A stretch of DNA of 56,777 nucleotides, taken from positions 1 to 56,777 of the forward strand of contig JBGSIZ010000197.1 in assembly GCA_041742255.1 (NCBI GenBank), in the 5' to 3' direction. A model generated the notes under the pieces. The model was not told the DNA's origin. It did not search any database and saw only the letters and a list, made by a program, of their open reading frames with translations. Shown piece after piece: positions 51,963 through 56,777 of this stretch. Source of the DNA: Marivivens sp. (GTDB lineage Bacteria; Pseudomonadota; Alphaproteobacteria; Rhodobacterales; Rhodobacteraceae). How positions within the stretch are numbered: position 1 is the first letter of the stretch; every line of letters begins with the position of its first letter. A program made the translations under genes and the position numbers.

Positions 51963-52304
51963 ATGACCGATACCTTGCCCCCGTGCCCCGAGTGTAAATC
52001 CGTGTTCACCTATGAGGTGGACGCCCTGTTGACCTGTCCCGAATGTGGCCATGAATGGACCGCCGCCGGGACCGATGATCCGGTGATTGAGGTGCGCGAC
52101 AGTGTGGGCAATATCCTGCGCGATGGCGACACCGTCACCGTCATCAAGGGGCTGAAGGTCAAGGGGTCGTCCACCATGCTCAAGGTCGGGACCAAGGTCA
52201 CGGGCATCCGGTTGGTTGCGGGCGACCATGACATTGATTGCAAGATCCCCGGATTTGGCCAGATGGGCCTGAAATCCGAGTTTGTGAAAAAGGTCGCTGA
52301 TTAA
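51963..52304 (+). CDS. PhnA/YjdM-like zinc-ribbon protein
   Basis: [28 protein letters not shown]...[68 protein letters not shown] is nearly collinear with the E. coli PhnA I recall. Alternative ATG at 51951. Confidence 0.85.
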   Translation: MTDTLPPCPECKSVFTYEVDALLTCPECGHEWTAAGTDDPVIEVRDSVGNILRDGDTVTVIKGLKVKGSSTMLKVGTKVTGIRLVAGDHDIDCKIPGFGQMGLKSEFVKKVAD

Positions 52305-52320
52305 CCCTGACCCGCCCCGG

Positions 52321-55300
52321 TCATTCCGCCGCCTTGAGCGGGGTTTGCAGGGGCAGGGGGGCCATCAGCGGTTCTTCGGTCCAGATGATTTCTGGCGCTG
52401 GCGTCCGCGCCGCTGCCCGTGACAGTGCCCAGTCCCGCGCCGCCTGACTGGACCGGCCGAACGACAGTTTCGACAACAGTTGCGCCCCCCAGAGTGCGTA
52501 GGTGGTGACCCAGACCCGGATCGCCAGCATGGACGGCGTGAACACCAGCGTCAGAACCGTCGCAATGCCCAGACCGAACACCACCGCCGTCGCCAACTGT
52601 TTCCACCACAGCGCCGTGGGGCTGTCGATCGAATACCCCCCATTGATGAAATCGAGCGATAGCCCGAACATCATGGGCGCAAGCCCCGCCATGGTTGTGA
52701 TGGTGGTCAACAACACGGGGCGAATCCGATCCTCGGCCGTGCGCGTGATCGCCTCGGTCCGGGGCATGTATTGCCGGTAATCCTGATAGGTGTCGATCAA
52801 CACGATGTTGTTGTTCACCACGATCCCTGCCAGCGCCACGATGCCCGTGCCCGTCATGATGATCGAGAACGCCTGATCCATGACCAGCATCCCCACCAAG
52901 ACCCCCGCCGTGGACAAGACCACCGCCAGCAGCACCAGAACCGAGTTGTAGAACGAATTGAACTGCGCCAGCAGAATGATGAACATGAGGCCAAGCGCCC
53001 CCGCAAAGGCGGTCATGAGGAACGCCCCGCTTTCTTCCTGTTCTGCCGTGTCCCCGGTCCATTCGTAGCTGACCGAGGCGGGCAGGACCCCGGTGTCCAG
53101 CCATTCGGTGAGCGCCGCAATGCGTTCGTTGGCCGTGACGGGGATTTCGGTTATGTCGTCCTCTTCGAGCAGAACTGCGATGCTGTCGGGTGTTCCGTCG
53201 TTTTCGTAGGCGATGATGTCATACCGCGCGGCCCCTGTGGCCGTGTCATCAACCAGCCGCGCATAGGCCAGCGAAACGGGGATATTGCCGACCTCTGTTG
53301 TCAGTTTTACCAGACCCTCGGCCACGCCTGCCTTGACGTTGAAGGCCCGTTGCTGGTCGATCCGGTCGATTTGCGCAAGTTGCGCGACGGGGGTGCGCGT
53401 GATGAAATTGGACAAGGGCACCAGACCGGCAGGAGTGCGCACCTTGAGGCTGTCGAGAGTGGACAGCACTCGGTCTTGTTCGGGCAGGCGCACCCGGATT
53501 TCAATCTCTTCGTCGGAACTGTCCACCCGCATGGTGTCCAGAAGAACCCCCCGCGTGACCAACTGCACCATGCCGCCGACCGTCGCCACGTCTGCGCCGT
53601 AGCGCCCGGCCTTTTCCACGTCCACGTCAATCTGCCAGTCGATGCCGGGCAGGGGGCGGCTGTCTTCGGCCTGAATGACGCCGGGCAGGGTGTCCATCGC
53701 CCGCCGCACGGTGTCGGTCGCGGCCAGAAGGTCGTCCCAGTTGTCGGATTTGAGTTCGAGGTGGATCGGTTTGGACGCCCCCGGACCCATTGCAAGGTTG
53801 AGCGTTTCCGTCCGGATGCCCGGTATTTTCGCCAGTTCCGCCGACAGCCGTTCGATCACCAGATCGCCGTCAAGGTCCGCCCGGTTCAAGCCGTTGGCCG
53901 CTGCGAAATCGTCCCGGTCTTCCCATGGCACGAGTTCGAGTTGGAGTTGCCCGATCGCGTCCCCCGGACCCCCGGCCCCCCCGGTGTTCTGGTTCAGACC
54001 ACCCGCCCCCGCAAAGGCGAACACGGTTTGCACGCCCGGTTCCTGCAGCGCCACCGATTCCACCTGTGCGACGAGCGCGTCTTTTTCCGGCAGGCTGAGG
54101 TTGCCGCGCGCCTGAACGTAGACGATCACCTGTTCGGGTTCGGATTCCACAAAGAATTCAACGCCGTTGTTGTTTTTGCCAAAGTAGACGAACGTCCAGA
54201 CCACGAACACGCCCACTGCCGCCACCGACACCAGCGGCATGATCGGGTTGCCGACGATAAAATGCATCACCTTGCCAAAGACCGACCGGTGGTAGCCTGC
54301 CCGCACCCGCCGCGCGGGCCGTTCGAGCGTGGCTGCCCCCATCGTGATCGAAAGGCCGACCGCCCCCGCAAAGAACAGAACGAACCCAGGAAGTGACGCC
54401 ATGACCCCGTCCGTTTGCACCGCTTGGCCCGAGAAATAGCCGGGGTTGAGCGTGAGCATCGCCCCCATGAACGCCACAAGCCCCGCAGGCACCACCAGCG
54501 CCGCCCGTGCCCACCACGGCAACCGCCCCCGCAAGGCGTCAGACGCCCGCCCGAAAATCCGGCTCATCCGGCCTGTCACCCCGCCCAGAACCGGTAGATA
54601 CACCAGCGCCACCACAAGCGACGCCGACAGCACGAAAATCAGCGTGACCGGCAGCATCCCCATGAATTCCCCCGGCACGCCGGGCCAGAACAGCATGGGC
54701 AGGAAGGCGCACAGCGTGGTCGCCGTGGACGACACGATGGGCCAGAACATCCGTTTGGCGGCCTCGACATAGGCGTGCATGGGGCCGGACCCTTCGGAAA
54801 TCCGTTTGTCGGCGTATTCGACCACCACGATGGCCCCGTCCACCAGCATCCCCACCGCAAGGATCAGCCCGAACATGACGATATTGGAAATCGTGATCCC
54901 CATCACCCCCATCAGCGCAAAGGTCAAAAGGAACGAGGTGGGGATCGAAAACCCCACAAGCAGGGCGGGTCGCGTGCCCAGTGACGCCAGAACCACGATC
55001 ATCACCAGCGCGATGGCGGTCAGAACCGAGCCTTCGAGCTGGCTGACCATGGAGGCCACGTTGCGGCTTTGGTCGTTGGAGGTGCCGACCTGAATGGCCG
55101 CCTGCAATTCGGGGGGCCATGATGCCCGTTCGGCCTCGACCGTTGCGCGCACGAGCGCGGAGGTGTCGATGAGGTTGAACCCTTTGCGTTTGACCACCTG
55201 AAGCGCCACGGTGTTCTGGCCGTCGAACCGTGCCGTGGACTGCCGGTCCTCGAACGTCAATTTGATGTTTGCAAGGTCGCCAAGTGTCACAACCCGGTCC

Positions 55301-56043
55301 CCGTTGGTTTTGACGGGCAGGTTGTAGACGTCTTGCGGGCTGTTGAAGGATGATGGGATCTTGACCGCAAAGGACCCTTGCGCGCTGTCCACGTCCCCCG
55401 CCGCGATCAGCAGGTTGTTGTTGGTCACAACCCCGATAAGTTCCCCCGCCGTGACGTTATACGCCTCGAGCCGGAGGGGGTCGATGATGACCTCGAGCAT
55501 TTCGTCCCGTTGGCCGGTCAGCGCCGCCTCTAGCACCGCGTCAAGGCTTTCCAGACGGTCCTGAAGGTCTTTGGCGACCTGCACCAAGGTCCGTTCGGGC
55601 ACCGCCCCTGTCAGGTTCACGATGATGATCGGAAATTCCGAGAAGTTGATTTCGTTGATGGAATACTGGTCCGCGCCAGACGGAAACTGGGCCTCGGCGG
55701 TGTTCATCGCGTCGCGCACGTCGGCCATGATCCGCGTCTTGTCCCAGCCGAATTCAAATTCGAGTGCGACCCCGGCGTAACCTTCGGCCGCCGTCGCCGA
55801 CATGGATTTCAAGCCGTCCAGATCGGCCAATTGTGTTTCCATCGGTTTGACGAGCAGTTTTTCGCTGTCTGCTGCCGAAATGCCGGGGAAGGGCACCGAG
55901 ACAAACAGCGCCGGGATTTCGATATCTGGTTCGCCTTCTTTGGGCAGGCCCACATAGGCGTAGCCGCCCGCCAGAAGCGACAGAAAGATAAAGGCGAGCA
56001 CCATCCGCGCGCGGGATGCTGCCCAATCGACGATGCCGGTCAT
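52321..56043 (-). CDS. RND family efflux transporter permease (AcrB/AcrD/AcrF superfamily), unusually long (1240 aa)
   Basis: N-terminal MVLAFIFLSLLAGGYAYVGLPKEGEPDIEIPALFVSVPFPGISA and the conserved TM4 block GLILAVGMLVDGAIVVVE. 12+ TM topology with two large periplasmic loops. Confidence 0.9.
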   Translation of the reverse strand: MTGIVDWAASRARMVLAFIFLSLLAGGYAYVGLPKEGEPDIEIPALFVSVPFPGISAADSEKLLVKPMETQLADLDGLKSMSATAAEGYAGVALEFEFGWDKTRIMADVRDAMNTAEAQFPSGADQYSINEINFSEFPIIIVNLTGAVPERTLVQVAKDLQDRLESLDAVLEAALTGQRDEMLEVIIDPLRLEAYNVTAGELIGVVTNNNLLIAAGDVDSAQGSFAVKIPSSFNSPQDVYNLPVKTNGDRVVTLGDLANIKLTFEDRQSTARFDGQNTVALQVVKRKGFNLIDTSALVRATVEAERASWPPELQAAIQVGTSNDQSRNVASMVSQLEGSVLTAIALVMIVVLASLGTRPALLVGFSIPTSFLLTFALMGVMGITISNIVMFGLILAVGMLVDGAIVVVEYADKRISEGSGPMHAYVEAAKRMFWPIVSSTATTLCAFLPMLFWPGVPGEFMGMLPVTLIFVLSASLVVALVYLPVLGGVTGRMSRIFGRASDALRGRLPWWARAALVVPAGLVAFMGAMLTLNPGYFSGQAVQTDGVMASLPGFVLFFAGAVGLSITMGAATLERPARRVRAGYHRSVFGKVMHFIVGNPIMPLVSVAAVGVFVVWTFVYFGKNNNGVEFFVESEPEQVIVYVQARGNLSLPEKDALVAQVESVALQEPGVQTVFAFAGAGGLNQNTGGAGGPGDAIGQLQLELVPWEDRDDFAAANGLNRADLDGDLVIERLSAELAKIPGIRTETLNLAMGPGASKPIHLELKSDNWDDLLAATDTVRRAMDTLPGVIQAEDSRPLPGIDWQIDVDVEKAGRYGADVATVGGMVQLVTRGVLLDTMRVDSSDEEIEIRVRLPEQDRVLSTLDSLKVRTPAGLVPLSNFITRTPVAQLAQIDRIDQQRAFNVKAGVAEGLVKLTTEVGNIPVSLAYARLVDDTATGAARYDIIAYENDGTPDSIAVLLEEDDITEIPVTANERIAALTEWLDTGVLPASVSYEWTGDTAEQEESGAFLMTAFAGALGLMFIILLAQFNSFYNSVLVLLAVVLSTAGVLVGMLVMDQAFSIIMTGTGIVALAGIVVNNNIVLIDTYQDYRQYMPRTEAITRTAEDRIRPVLLTTITTMAGLAPMMFGLSLDFINGGYSIDSPTALWWKQLATAVVFGLGIATVLTLVFTPSMLAIRVWVTTYALWGAQLLSKLSFGRSSQAARDWALSRAAARTPAPEIIWTEEPLMAPLPLQTPLKAAE

Positions 56044-56777
56044 CCTTTTGCCTCCTGCCAGGTCGGGTCAACCCTGACCCCGTCGATGACGTATTCCTGA
56101 CCCACGACGATGATGTCGGCCTGATCGGGGAGCCCACCGACCCAGACCCCGTCCACCGTGTCCCGGATGAGCGTCACCGGGGCAAAGCCCGCCACGTTGC
56201 CTGGATCGACCGTGCGCACCCCCAAGGTGCCGTTGTCATCTAGCGTAAGCGCCGATTGCGGCAATAGGTGCGCCGCCCGGCCATCTGCCGCCACGAGGAT
56301 TTCCGCCGTCTGCCCGTCGCCGATGGTCAGGTCGGGGTTGGCCACGGTGATTTCAACGCGGAATGTCCGGGTGGTTTCATCGGCAGAGCGGGATACGAAG
56401 CTGACCGTGCCGCGCACCTCTTGCCCCGATGTCAGACGCGCGCCCGCCAGCGCCCCCGGTTTGATCTTGTCCACGTCCCCTTCGGCGACAAAGCCCACGA
56501 GCCGGATCGGGTCGAGTTGCAGGATTTCGGCGCACAGCACCCCCGGTTGCAGGAGCGAACCGAGTTCGGCGGTGTCCTGATTGAGGAGGCCGCCAAAGGG
56601 GGCGGTGATCTGCAATTTCGCGATGTTTTGTTGTGCGCCCGCGACGGCGGCGGTGGCCGATACGATCCCTGCCTTGACGCTTTCGATTGCCGCCACCGCA
56701 CTTTGCACGCTGGCGTCCGCGCCCACGATCCCGGCCCGCGCCCCTTCGAGTGCGGCCTCGGCAGAGGTGACGCCCGC
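56040..56777 (-). CDS. RND efflux periplasmic adaptor (membrane fusion protein), C-terminal part; gene continues past the right window edge
   Basis: ...IAKLQITAPFGGLLNQDTAELGSLLQPG...VGFVAEGDVDKIKPG...VSFVSRSADETTRTFRVEI... is a typical MFP. The frame stays open upstream of the track start (GTG 56726) to the window end. ATGA-type overlap with the RND gene. Confidence 0.8.
   Translation of the reverse strand, partial: AGVTSAEAALEGARAGIVGADASVQSAVAAIESVKAGIVSATAAVAGAQQNIAKLQITAPFGGLLNQDTAELGSLLQPGVLCAEILQLDPIRLVGFVAEGDVDKIKPGALAGARLTSGQEVRGTVSFVSRSADETTRTFRVEITVANPDLTIGDGQTAEILVAADGRAAHLLPQSALTLDDNGTLGVRTVDPGNVAGFAPVTLIRDTVDGVWVGGLPDQADIIVVGQEYVIDGVRVDPTWQEAKG

Noticed and set aside
1-56777. 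Search for tRNA, rRNA, CRISPR arrays, IS elements, integrases, and toxin-antitoxin or known defence-system genes
   Set aside because: Reading intergenic regions and ORF translations revealed none. The absence is stated from visual inspection only; tRNAscan, Rfam and defence-system HMM scans were not run.

Overview
High-GC bacterial chromosome segment. Gene content (soxBDAG, ccmI/cycH, DUF1289, ruvX, Atm1-type ABC, NdvB-like glucan synthase) suggests an alphaproteobacterium, probably Rhodobacteraceae-like; this is inference. About 50 protein genes are supportable. I found no rRNA, tRNA, CRISPR array, transposase or integrase. Layout, left to right: (1) 1-2464, 5' part of a cyclic beta-1,2-glucan synthase-like gene plus galU. 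(2) 2682-5451, two convergent PRC-barrel genes and a PHB-depolymerase-family esterase. (3) 5601-10001, one 1466-aa CheB-CheR-PAS-histidine kinase-REC-REC-LuxR HTH polypeptide. (4) 10424-13069, stress-type small genes (two ~23-aa hydrophobic peptides, a membrane protein, DUF892) and an ECF sigma factor. (5) 13141-30099, the main finding. An AT-richer LuxR-family regulator gene and a 275-bp AT-rich leader precede a 16-kb, 12-gene, translationally coupled alginate-type operon: algD-alg8-alg44-algA-algG-like-algI-algJ-Sel1-algX-like-algF-Sel1(924 aa)-algL-like. The operon has no AlgK/AlgE export pair. Several regulatory or catalytic motifs look degenerate (Alg44 PilZ, AlgG DPHD, AlgL NNHSYW, AlgA cupin), while the polymerase, precursor and O-acetylation signatures are intact. 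(6) 30190-34853, housekeeping genes: dusA, tauE-like, ruvX, ccmI. (7) 35067-41308, sarcosine oxidase soxB/DAG, interrupted between soxB and soxD by a ~1.1-kb insert that includes a strongly low-GC ORF. (8) 41311-44950, a sulfotransferase plus two paralogous glycosyltransferases. (9) 45195-56777: sodB, an RTX-repeat protein, LOG, a LysM protein, an Atm1-type ABC transporter, a Bcr/CflA MFS transporter, phnA-like, an oversized RND pump and a partial MFP. A 34-nt array of three 11-nt CGTCGGT direct repeats occurs in two separate intergenic regions. All calls rest on reading the ORF translations and DNA directly. No database search was run, and motif comparisons rely on recalled family signatures.
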